Assembly: GCA_045837725.1 (NCBI GenBank) | Contig: JBEWZL010000098.1 | Span: 310,001-374,000, forward strand | Reading direction: 5' to 3' | DNA: 64,000 nucleotides | Source of the DNA: Vermamoeba vermiformis | Lineage: Eukaryota | Shown: one piece after another, positions 14,601-26,372 of the stretch | Layout: every line of letters begins with the position of its first letter | Numbering within the stretch: the stretch's first letter is position 1 | Notes under the pieces: model-generated | What the model was told of the DNA's origin: nothing | What the model saw: only the letters and a program-made list of their open reading frames with translations | The model's database searches: none | Translations under genes and position numbers: made by a program

Positions 14601-15675
14601 ATTCGGCTCAGCTATCTCCGTCAACGTCACCGATCAATACAACAACCTCGTGTCCGGTGCTCCTGTCACTTTCGTTGCACCTGCATCAGGTCCTTCAGCC
14701 ACCTTTAGCAGCAACACTACTGTCTTGTCCAACGCTCAAGGTGTCGCTACTTCATCGAGCTTCACTGCCACGACCACTGCTGGTTCATTTGTCGTCTCGG
14801 CCTCAGCACCTGGCACCGCTGCGGTCAACGTTCAGTTGTTCAACACACCCGCTTCTCCCTCGCAAGTTATTATCTCTGGCAAGCCGACCACATCTGCTAT
14901 CGTTGGCACCAAGTTCAGTGAACTCGCAGTTGTTGTCAAGGATCAATACGACAACACCGTCTCTGGTGTTGAAGTCACATTCAATGCCCCTGCCTCTGGT
15001 CCTAGTGGTGTGTTCAATCAAACTCAGTCGCGCCAAGCCACATCCGTGACTGGATCCAATGGTGTCGCTACTTCACCTGTCTTTGTTGCCAATACTGTCT
15101 CGGGCAGCTATTCAGTGAACGTTACTGTCGCAGGCTCTGCTGCCACTACTTCATTCGCTTTGACCAACGAGCCTGACGTCGCCTTTGCCGTGTCAATCAG
15201 CAGCGGTGACGCGCAATCCACCAGCACTGGCACACAGTTCGCACAACCGCTCAATGTGCTCGTCAAGGACAAGTACAACAACCCTGTCGCAGGTGTCTCG
15301 GTCGTGTTCGCCATTCAAGGCAACAGCAGCAGTGTCTTTGCAAACGGTCTGACCACATCCACCGTGCTCACCACGATCACTGGCCGTGCCTCGTCACCAC
15401 TCATCACTGCAGGCACTGAGACTGGTACTTTCACCGTATTTGCCAACGTCACTTCTGTAGGCTCGGTTACATTCTCGCTCTCGATTGTTGAGCCTCCTGT
15501 TGCTACCCCGGTCCAAGTCCCTGCCGCTGAAGAACCGAGTGCTCCTGTTGGATCCGCTCCTACTTCAGGCACAACTCCTGTTCGTGATGATGCGGGCACA
15601 GTGTCTTCATCCACGACTGTTGCTATTAACTCAGCAGTTGTTCTCTTGGCTACCGTCTTCTGCATCTGCTTCTAA
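8687..15675 (+). CDS. Giant secreted, GPI-type surface protein with about 20 bacterial Ig-like (Big-1/invasin-type) repeats
   Basis: Signal peptide MRVRLSTLLVLVAALSVFA; exons 8687-8751, 8803-9090, 9194-15675; repeating ~110-aa unit SGxxQ..V...F...L.V.V.DxxxNPV..V.VTF..P..G.....TD..G......AN..AG.Y.V; P/T/S linker and hydrophobic C-terminus. Confidence 0.85.
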
Positions 15676-16011
15676 AGCACTCATAACTCGTTACCCTAAT
15701 CTGAAATTTTGTATAAACTTCGATTGACAATTGTCAATAAATAAAAGGACCGCCTATTTAATTATAATCAGCAATCATATTTGCGTACGGATGCCGGTGG
15801 CTTCAACAAAATGCGACAACTGTATTAATTTGACTAGTGCACCAAATAAGGTATTGCTGTCCAATTTTCCTTCGTGTTTCGACAAATGTCGGTGAATGCA
15901 CAACGAAAAAAAGTAAAAACGAAAAAACGAAAAAAAGCACGTGGCGACAGGAAATCAGCACACGCGCTTGTTGTCCTATTCAGTATCTGTATATATATTT
16001 CGACATTAACA

Positions 16012-18753
16012 ATGAGGCAAAATCAAATGTCGCGGCTGTTTTATTGTATTTTATTATTAGTTGCCGGACAGTTCATCTGCGTTTCAGGTAACCTTTTAAT
16101 TTACTATTGCTGATTATTATGATTTCCTATAATATTCGCAATGTGCTTAAATACCACAATAATAATTATTTATCGATAATGCATCGATAGAAGATTTTCA
16201 TAACCGAAATGATATTAATGACAAATTCCAGCTTCGCTTGCATATCACAATAATGCCCTTTATGTCTGTGGATATCCTTCTCTAGCTGTATTATATACAA
16301 ATAATGGTTCCATTCACTGGACTCAAGAAATCGCTGACCCATCTCCCAAGTAAGACTTCACTAAAATTTAGAAAATAATTTGTTATGCATATTCTATCGT
16401 GCATATAACTCAATAACGCTTAAACTAACCTATTTGTGCGTAATTATAGCAATACGAATTTTTTGGGACCCAGAGCCCAGTTCACAACCGATCAGCAAAT
16501 TCTCGCTGACGACAGTGGCGTTTATTTCTACGGTACGTATTAGCTTAACATTATGCACATTAATGCCATTACTAAATCGCACCTTGGCGATTAAAACAAA
16601 CGAAAAATTCAATTCGCTTCTTGTCAATCTGATCTCGATCTTGCGAGTTTTCTATTCTTATCATCTTGCATCTAGATTACACTGGTTCAGTGGTAGGAAA
16701 TTGCAATCTCGATGGTTCTCAATGCCCTTGGGCATATGAAGCTGCTGGCTATCCCGTCGCTGCTCCCAGCACTCAAAGTGACTCGATCTACATTGTCCAC
16801 CACGAGCCCAAGCAAAACTTGGCTAACGACCAATATGACTGGGAAACTGTCAAATTCTCCGCCATTCCCAAGACCGGTGCTACTGAAGCTAGCCGAAGCT
16901 TGCCTGTCGAAGTTATGGGTAAGTACATCCGACTTTTTGCTGACGAACCTGATCAGCTTTCAATTTCAGCGTAGTAATTTTTATTATTTTTTTTAATATA
17001 GACTTGGCTAAGATCTGGCGCCATTTCATCTATCCCGGCTATATTCTCCAAGTTATGAGCTTTGCTATCGCTTTTGTGGTTGTCGGATCTGTTTACTTCC
17101 CCATTGCTTTAGTTTACCGTCGCAATATCTATACTCAGATTAACGATGAAAGCGGTACGTACAATCTATTGCTGCTATTTACTATTAACTTATAATCTGG
17201 ATATTTATTTATTCTGAGGATCCTACGAAAATGTTGATTTAATTTGTTTTCTAATTTAGAAGTTCGATTCCGCTACTTGGGCGTGCGCAAACTCATTCTT
17301 GCTTTTGGCTTCACTCTCGCTGCCGTTGCTGTTGCATTCTTCGCCGTCGCCATTGCATTCTCAGCGACTGACCCCTCTGGCAATGATTTCTTGAACGATC
17401 CTAGCTACAATCAGTACGTGCACTTTAATATACTTATATGACTAAGTACTAATATTGTTACCGAATTTAGACCGTACTACTGGTTCCGCGTCTCATGGCC
17501 CTGGTGGATCTACTTCGCTGGTTTCGCTATTGTTGCTATCGGAAGTACGTCTTAATGTCAAATTTCTATTCACTATGCCTAGTCTAATCATCAATCACTA
17601 GCTTTGTACGCGTACTTCAAGCCCTCGTTCAGCTCCCCGATGGCCATGTTGGTGACCGTTTGTTTGTTCTTGGCCGCAATAGCCGCTGGTTTTATCGCCA
17701 TTATTGTCGTCTACAACACTTCATTGCCCTTGTCCATTAACAAGCGCATTCAAGAGACCGGTTCCTCGCTCTACTTCCGCGCCCCTGCCTTTGTTGCGTA
17801 AGTCTTCAGTGCCATAATATGAGCGAACACAAGTGCTAATTTGACACGTGTCAGTGAGGGTCAAGTCATGTACAACAACTACAACCGCACGTACGTCACT
17901 GACTTCAAAGAGGACAACAGCGAAGTTGACCCGCACCGCGACTTGTTCCCTGCTTACGTGCAAGAACAAGACCGCAAGAACTACGTCTCGCCTCCTCTCA
18001 TCTACGCCAGCACGATCAACTCTGGCACCATTTTCTTGGCCTCGCGCAAGATCAAGTTGTTGGCGTACAAAGAAACTATCTTGACTGAACTCCACTGGGA
18101 AGTTTCGACCAACAGCTCGAGCAGTGACGAGCAAGACGAGCGCTACAAGGGTCGTCCTAACTTCTGCCGCAAGTTGTACATGGCTCGCGATGAGTCTTGG
18201 ATTGCCTGCGCTGGTACCCCCAGCCCGTTGTTCCGCGTCTACAACTCCAGCGATGGCTCTAAGTGGGCCAGCAAGTTGTTCGCTGACGACGACTCCATTG
18301 TCGGTGTTGCTGTTGGTACTGTAAGTAGTTGGACACTTTGACACGCGAGTGTTCCCATTCTGACACGTGACTTGCTCAGTCTCGCTCGTACATTGTCACT
18401 CAAGCTGGCAACACTCTGAAGGTCTATTCAGTCAGCCACTCTGACTGGAGCTTCGCCGGCCCATTTTCGCTCAACTTGCCCACTGACAAGCAATTGAGAA
18501 TGACTGGTGAACCCGTGCTCAGCAGCGACGAATCCGCTGTGTACATGCACTACTACAGCACCGCTGATAGTAAGTATCCCTACGAGATTGCATTGTTAGA
18601 ATAGCACGTACTAACTTGCTCTCAGCTGATGCTGGCAATGGTATGGTCAACAGAGTTTTGACTTTCTCCGTGACTGCGATCAACACATCCGACAACACTG
18701 CTTTGTGGACTCAAGTCGTCGGAACTACTCCCTCAGTTGTCGTTTCGGCTTAA
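16012..18753 (+). CDS. Uncharacterised membrane protein: signal peptide, extracellular domain, four TM helices, beta-rich C-terminal domain
   Basis: Multi-exon model with GT-AG introns; four hydrophobic segments between 17040 and 17715; last exon ends TPSVVVSA*. Confidence 0.6.
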
Positions 18754-18928
18754 CTAACGACTAATTATTTAATACATGTTTAATTTACCTAATCTATTTA
18801 ATAAACGAATTTTGAAGTTGTACTTCTTGATCCAATTTTGGCGCGCAATTTTCAATTTACCGTTACAAACATTTTTAAAATCTAAAATGGCAGTCCTGTT
18901 TATGTTTTGACCGTGTAGTGCACAAGAG

Positions 18929-21573
18929 ATGGCGTCACTATTGAAGACTAGAATAATTGAAGTGCTCAAAGGCCTCGAAGTTTATGCTTTGACGAAAACA
19001 CTTCAATCGATCGAATCTGACTCGTCGAGCCATGAGAAAGATACTCTCGTCGACGTGTTGATGTCAGATATTATGGATATTGGACTGCAAATTGTATTAT
19101 CTCGATTACAACCAGGAACACTCAAATTAATTATCAAAAATGCTCATCTCGATCCTGAAAATCAAGAGCAAAGCCAAGCAGAGCTTGAAGAGCATATTAC
19201 AGCTATGGGCATTCGAGAATATTTATTAGAACTCGAACAAAGAGCTGTATCAATGATTATTAAGGATTTGGGCATTGAAACTTCACCACGCGAGATCGTG
19301 GCGACGGAGCTTGGTAAGTCTTACAGAGCCTCCTCGCATTTATCGATGTTAACATCACGGTGCAGAGGAAGAAGTAATTCTTTCGGGCCTCGAATATATG
19401 TTGCAGAGACTCCCCGTGCTTGTATTGCAAAAGTACTATTGCAAGAGCTTACAAATCAAATCTACCTCACGTAAGTACCTCTCCGCTTCAACCGCGCTAG
19501 AAATAGATTACTTACACGCGCATGTGCAGAAAAAAAGCAATTGTTCGTCGAAGAGATCATTAAGACGATTGTTGCTGGCTATCTGTCCTCGATCGTTCCA
19601 GACAACGAGGTTGATTCTCCTAGAAGCGCTGAAAAGGCGGCTAGAAGACGAAGCAGTGTATCCAATAAGCGACACAGCATCGTTGTGCGTCGTAGAAGCA
19701 ATGAATACTCTCCTTCAACGCAACCAGTTCAAATCTCGTCTTTGGATCCTTTGGACGACGCTCAGCCTCGTGCATTGACCTACTTTGAGTGCGAAGAGGA
19801 TGACGTGCCCATGGAAAGTGACAGTGAGGTCGAAGATCTTGCTAAAGAGTTTGGTCAGTCCTTGTCGATCAACCACGAAAGCGCATCCGAGCCTGCACAG
19901 GAAGAGAGCCCTGAGAAGACCGAGCAAAGTGTCGAAGTCCACGAAGAAACTGAACAAGAAGGTGTTATTGCCGAGGAAGCCCAATCGGCAAGCATCCAAG
20001 ATGAACCTCAATCCGAAGAGCCGCTAGCCGAAGAGCAAATCCAACAACCGGTTGAGGCTGTCATTGAGGAGGAGAAGAAAGAGGAAGACAGACCTACTAT
20101 AGAGGAAGTTGATGCTTCAGTTGCCAGCGACGAGGCTACGGTTGGCGCTGAAAGGGTTGAAGTGGAAGTCGAATCCGACCAAGACGACGAGCTGAATGCG
20201 TCAATGGAGACCTCTCAAGATGGTGCTGACGAGATGAGTATTGACGCCATCACTACTGAAGCAGCCGTAGAACCTTCAGAAGCTGAGGTGCACGAGCCAG
20301 AAGCAGCTGAACAGAAAGACGAATCTGATCAGCAACAACCTCACGAAGAAGCTCAAGAAGAGTCCGAAGACGAGGAACAAGCCGAAGGCGGTGCTGGTAT
20401 TCATGCTGGTATTTCCAAGAAAGAATTGGAATCGATGTTAGGTAAGTTGTTTGAGCTGGATTTGTTGGCTCAGTTTTCTAACGGTCCGTTACAAAACAGT
20501 GAAAGATCTCAAGAGCTACATGAAGGAGCACGGACTTAATTATAATGGTCGTAAGGCACTGCTGGTTAAGAGAATATTAGAGCACTTGGAAGAGCAACAG
20601 AACGAGCAACAAGAGGAACAAGCCGAATCTGCTCAAGATGAGGAAAAGATCGTTGTCGAAGAGGAGATTAAGCCTGTAGAAGAGGTTAAAGAGGAGACCG
20701 TAGAAGAGGTTAAGCAAGAAGAGAAGCACGAGACTGTTGTCGAAGAAGTTGTGCCTAAATCCGCTCGTAAGCGCGGACGCCCAAGAAAGAATCCGTTGCC
20801 TGAAGAGCAAGTCCATGAAGCTCCCGTGCCAGAGACTCCTTCAACAGCTAAGGGTACTCGCAGAAGAAGAGGGGCACATGAAGAAGATACTGAAAAGGAA
20901 GTCAAGCGATCTACCGCAAAGAAAATGCCCGCAAGATCCAAATCTGCTCAAAAGCGCAGAAAGAATGCCAGGACTTCCATGTCTGACGAACACGATATCT
21001 CCGAACTTCGAGAAGAGAAGTCATCACCCACAAAGACTGCTGACAAACCCGAAACCAAGGCAAATCTGGATTCAGAAGACGAAGAGAGCTACGAGTTTGA
21101 CAATAAGGAGAACGAGAACTACGAAATTGTCGTTCCTACACCACCGAGATCTAAGGTTAGAGCTTCAATGCCTATGCCCAAGCTCACTGCATTCGCCCAA
21201 CCTTACACTCCCTCATCCGACTTGAAAAGCATTTTGAAGTCACCAATGACCCCGAGAACCAAGCGAAAGTCAGTAACATTCCACGCCACAGTTAAGAGTG
21301 GATCTCCTTTGTCAATCGCTGCTCAAGTAAGTCCATCTTAGGTTGTTACGCGGATGTAGCAGAAATTTTAGTTCGTTTTAATAGGAAACTCAAGAGCCTG
21401 AAGCAACTCTTATCGATGTCAATAGTGCAGTATCAGTTCTGCAGCCTGTAAATATCAATACCATTAGCAATACGGCGCCTGAGCCTAAGACTGTTGAGCC
21501 TACCAAGCCTTCAACACTACAAAAAGCGCTTAATACCCTGAATAAGCTGCGCACTGGCAATTTGTTCTCTTAA
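18929..21573 (+). CDS. SAP-domain, AT-hook, acidic low-complexity nuclear protein
   Basis: Spliced ELESML|VKDLKSYMKEHGLNYNGRKALLVKRILEHL (SAP); RKRGRPRK (AT-hook); long E-rich disordered region; last exon ends TGNLFS*. Confidence 0.7.
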
Positions 21574-21927
21574 AAGACGCGAACTAGATCCGCTGTCTTT
21601 TTATTGTATCATAGTCCTTAGATCTGTTTTGTACTAGCCTCTAGTAGTAAAATTCGAATCCGGCGTGTCTTAAGTGATGCGCCTTTCATTGTTATTATCC
21701 AATATACTGATTAACTAAGCTACTGTTTTATTAAGCTAATCGAAGACGTCTGATTTGATTGTAGATCTGGGTTGGATCTGTACACTAGAGCACGACGGTG
21801 GTAGCGCTTCTTTGACATCGAAACTGAAAATTCGGTTTCCGCAATGCTATTCATGAACGGTTCGTTCACTGAAACACGATAAATGAACCAAGAGTTGTAG
21901 TAGTAGTACCAAGAGTGCTGGATCTGT

Positions 21928-22924
21928 CTACAACACGTATTTTTCTTCCTCTTTAATCGGTTTCTTCTTAGGCTTGCCATTGTACACTAGCGAGGTGATC
22001 TTGTCGAATGTAGCCAATAATAGTCCACCGCGTACGGATCTGATGCTCAGACTAGGAAATTTCCAAGTAGCAAATGACCGCAATTCTTCTTTAACAGCCT
22101 CTCGGTACGTAATATTAGCTGTCTTGTTGCCAGATGCCAAGAACAGTGGATGAGGCACTACTGTCGCTAAGAAAGTCGAGGCACATCCAGCCAAAAAATT
22201 CATGCTGAACCAAGATCTGTACTCTTCGTCTATAGCGTGGTGCTTAAGGGTATCGTATACTCCAAAATATATGCCTTTGTTAACAGCCACTGCAGGTGCG
22301 TTCCATCCATATTTGTAGTAAAATCCTCGCAGACCTTTCGTTTCCCAAACGGATTTGATCACTTCTCGCGGCGGCACTGGCATAAGTTGACGAGTTTTCT
22401 TGTTGATAACTTGTTGATTCGTTATAATATCTTCAGGATATAATATTGTGAACGAGATTAAGCCAGCAGCTGCGCCGGTAAGAAAATGAGTGCCGAGCAT
22501 TAGAGGCCAGATCTGATCGGGCAAGTTCAAACGGCTATTCATCGTTTCTTTCAAAGTGAAATCTAGTCCCTGAGTAATGGCATATCTGTAGCTCGATGGC
22601 AATGACGCTCGAAGCATCTGGCCACTTGCAAGCAAATCCGAGAGCACCGTCTTTCTGTCCAGTCTAAGTTGCTTTGCTTGGCGCTAAACATTTTTTTAAA
22701 TATTAGTATACCAATATATTATCTTATAGTACAATTTACAGAGTATTTGAGTGACTGTAAATAATTTTAAAAATATTTTTCGGATGTGACTTCAGTAAAC
22801 TTACAATTGCAATGTTGTTTACGGTCTCTAATGTCCCAAACACCACATTGTACGCAGCAGCTGGAATTGCAGCAGCCAAATAATCAATGGCTGGTGAGCG
22901 TGGCTTACTCTTCTTGTCTGACAT
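21928..22924 (-). CDS. Divergent mitochondrial carrier (SLC25) family protein (2 exons)
   Basis: FLTGAAAGLISFTILYPED; GLRGFY; IYFGVYDTLK; NFLAGCAST..VPHP; intron about 22804-22685. Confidence 0.75.
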
Positions 22925-23179
22925 CTGGATCAGATCTGATCTTAGTAAGACATTCAGCTCAATACAACTAATTTATTGGTTGCTAATATATATAGCTTCA
23001 GTCTTATTAATAAAAGACTGTGTTGTGGTGTTGCGGTGCACACAACAAAAAAATAAACACGATCGAGAGACACAACCACAACAACGCAATAAGGTAACAG
23101 AATTTGCACATGCACCTTAACTATTTTAAAATTAATAACAAGTAATCCGGAAACACATAGCAGCGGAAAGCTCTGAAGA

Positions 23180-23209
23180 GATCTAGATCTTAATATTAAG
23201 ATCTAGATC
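23180..23209. repeat. 30-bp perfect palindrome GATCTAGATCTTAATATTAAGATCTAGATC
   Basis: Equals its own reverse complement; lies between the divergent start codons at 22924 (-) and 23331 (+). Confidence 0.85.
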
Positions 23210-23330
23210 GTTGATCGTCCGCTGAATTTTAAGAATTGCTATTCAACCATTTAATTATTTTGATTCACATCTTAAGCTAATTGGCACCTGTAGCAATATT
23301 TTACAATTTACTGACTTATTTTTAATGTAG

Positions 23331-24525
23331 ATGGCGAGCAATAAAGCTCCTGGAGACGTAGATGACATCAGAAAAGGTCTATCACGCATGGCTGTTGAAG
23401 ATGATGACGATGGATGGTTAGGAGGATCAACCAATAAGAAGAAGAGAAATACTAATAATAATGCCGGATCTCGTACAAACAACAACAATACTGGCGCGAA
23501 TAATAATAATAATCCTACACGTGGTCGTGGTCATGCACCGAATAATAAGAATAATAGCGGCAAAGATAAAGTCAAAATCCTCGCTGTGGCTTGGGACCAA
23601 GACGTTCTTTTGACACTTCAAAAACACGCGGATCTGGTACTTTAGCACAACTTTTCGTACAATGCCTCGCGACTTATCAAAATTATATTATAGGAATTAG
23701 ATTCTAGCCTAAAGAGGCTCATACTAGAGACACCAGAGATAGTAATAAATGCAAGTGACAGCGGTGCACAGGTGACGAAACGGTGCCTGTCAAAAGCACT
23801 CACGATGACTGAGGTGCCCAAGTCACTGGCACGATTCAAACAACTCAAACACAACGAGATTGTCGCGCAAGAAGTCAAACACAAGGGTCACGTGATCGGC
23901 TCGGTCTATTTCTGCGTGACGTCAGCGCTGCCAGATAAAATCTCGTCGTACAATCTCTTCAAGACTTATCCAATCAGAGCGTTCAAACCCAACTTTGTGT
24001 ACGAGGAGCAATTTGTTCGATTTTCAGGCCCTGTCATTCACACACAACATGAAAGCATTGAATATGTATTATGCTCCAGTAATAGAGTACGTTATATATT
24101 CTTTGTTTTGTATTGCATTTGACATTTTTTGTAGACAACGGATCCAACGCAAAAGTTAGATCTGCTCGGTGGCACGTGTAATTTTACCATCGATCAAACC
24201 CCAGCACATTCAGCTGCACGAGAATTCCTGGAAGAAATGTCTTATTTCGGCTGAAGATCTCGCACAAGTGCAACAACAGCTCGTCTCACTCTTTGACACG
24301 TGTCAAAAGAAGTACTTGTTCGGCGCACCAGCGTACAAAGTGTCGCTCGAACAATTGCCCGAACAAGTTAGAAATCACGTGCCACAAGTAGGCCAGGAAA
24401 AAGAGTTGAATGAAAATAGCGAAAAAGAAAAATTATTTTGGATGCAGCCGAAGGATATTGTCACGTCTGAGCAGTTCAGATTTGGTCCTAAAAATTCAAT
24501 CAAGGAGTTTTATGGCCTAAAGTAA
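23331..24525 (+). CDS. Hypothetical protein with Asn-rich N-terminus (3 coding exons)
   Basis: ORFs 23331-, 23772- and 24169- join through introns at about 23637-23693 and 24087-24134. No family recognised. Confidence 0.6.
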
Positions 24526-24681
24526 ACATAATCTTCATGCAATCTCTTATAATTACGCCATACGGATTTAAAATGAGAATTGGGACAAAATCGATTTTCC
24601 AATTTTCGTAATTGCATATCAAGCGTTCGGTTTACAAGAAGAGCTGTATTGAGAGTGCGTTATCATATAATCAGCGCTGCT

Positions 24682-26010
24682 ATGGAACGCAACGATGATC
24701 AAGTACTGCCCCCTGAAGTGTGGTGTCACGTCTTCACTTTTATTGACGATTTTGACGATTTTATAGCTTTAAAAATGGTAAATCAATTATTTTATCAAGA
24801 ATTGCATGCCATGGATCCACTTTCCCTCGTTGATAGTGCGATAAAAATTCCAGAAGGTAAAAATTAAATTAATTATCGTAATTATTATTTTAATGAGTTA
24901 ACAGAGATTCGAAATCATTTCAAAAGCCGTCATACAATACCTACTCTTCCAACAGAGGATTTGTTGCAAGCGTAATTACCTAATTAACATTTCAAATCGG
25001 GTTGATCCGAATCTAACTTTGACGCAGAGCTGCAAGTGAGGACTCTGGTACCAAGATGCAAGTCAATGTCTTTCGAACAGTTTTTCTCGGTTCACAGCAC
25101 TGCGGAAGGACGACATTTTTGCATAGAGTTGTTGTACGTGGAACTTGTTTGACCAAAAAAACTCGTGTACTTAATGCTCTATTAGCACGGAGATTACAAA
25201 GAGGATGTTGAACCTACTATTGGTGCTGGATTCGTAAGTCTGAATTACTAACCATGTAGTATTAACTAATGGTTGCTCTAGTGTAAGGCAACACTTACGG
25301 ATTCTAGCGGAGTTGTTTCTCAAATGGAGATTGTAAGTATCATACAAGTCTTATTAACGAATTAACATTAATTTAGTGGGAGAGTCCCGGCGTAAGTGTC
25401 GACTAGAATGACACGTGTCAAAGTGTCATTTTTGGGTATCCCTTAGTAACATTACGCCACTTGCATAGCTCGAACGTTTAGCAGTTTTAGGCACAATGTA
25501 TATCCGAGGAGCACAATCGATATTTTTGTCCTTCGGCATTGACAATCGTGACAGTTTTGTGACGACGATCAATTGCAACCTGCCACAAATCTACGAGGTT
25601 GTCAGACACTTCAAACCGGAGCGACAGCCAGTCATTTATTTGCTTGGTCTCAGGTCTGACCTTGAACGCAAAGTGCCAAAAGGCGAAGCCAAAGTAAGTG
25701 TCATACAACAATTTTGACGTCAATGAATTGGATTTAAATTGTCTTTTTTGCAGGCCCTTGCCCGAGTATTGAACATCAAGTACTTTGAGTGCTCTGCTAA
25801 ATTAAATCAAAACGTGAAAGAAGTGATGGAAGAAATGAAAGATGATTTAGTAAAATCTTTACGGTACGTATTGATAGTTCGTATCAGATGCGTTATGAAG
25901 TACTTTTGAAATTAATTTGTTTCGTTAAAATAAACAGAGTAAATTCAATTCACCGGCCCAGTTTGCCGAATCGCAACACCAATCAGGATCGCAGGTGTAT
26001 AACTCAATAA
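24682..26010 (+). CDS. F-box + Ras/Rab-like small GTPase domain + CaaX protein (copy 1)
   Basis: LPPEVWCHVFTFI..LKMVNQLFY (F-box); GSQHCGRT; PTIGAGF; WESPG; LGLRSDL; YFECSAK; spliced C-terminus RRCITQ*. Confidence 0.75.
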
Positions 26011-26019
26011 ATAAATTAA

Positions 26020-26310
26020 TGCTGCTTTCATCGCACTGCTGAACGAGTGGCTGCCAGTTCTGCACGACGCGTACAAATCAGAGACTTCACAACAACAGCC
26101 CGTGATGTACTTGTGTTGGGACTCAAAGCTGATCGCGAAGCCCAGCGCCAAGTGTCAATGAATGAAGCCAAGGTAAGTGCCAAAGTAAAGTGTCAACGTG
26201 TCACCTCAGCCAGTCATTCAATCGTACCATAACCTTAAGAACCATATTTAGTTGTATTCGACAAATATTTAATTCTTTTACAGAATATTGCACGAGCGTT
26301 GAACTGTTCG
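26020..26310 (+). pseudogene. Truncated relic of a third F-box-GTPase family copy (GTPase C-terminal half only)
   Basis: Reads LLNEWLPVLHDAYKSETSQQQPVMYLLGLKADREAQRQVSMNEAK|intron|NIARALNC, with the same intron position as its neighbours but no start or P-loop. Confidence 0.55.
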
Positions 26311-26372
26311 GTATTTAGCTTGCAATCAATTTTCAAATAAATTCAATGCGATAGTGACCACAATATCCTCAA

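Noticed and set aside
9410-15727. Many 60-190 aa alternative-frame and antisense ORFs over the Ig-repeat gene
   Set aside because: Shadow ORFs produced by biased codon usage of the real frame; no independent signals.
21640-21900. TTCGAATCC and a small TGAACG/CGTTCA hairpin suggesting a tRNA or other ncRNA
   Set aside because: No cloverleaf or acceptor stem can be built; lies in convergent 3' UTRs.
23440-23560. AAT/AAC repeats
   Set aside because: Encode an Asn-rich low-complexity tract; not a CRISPR array or satellite.
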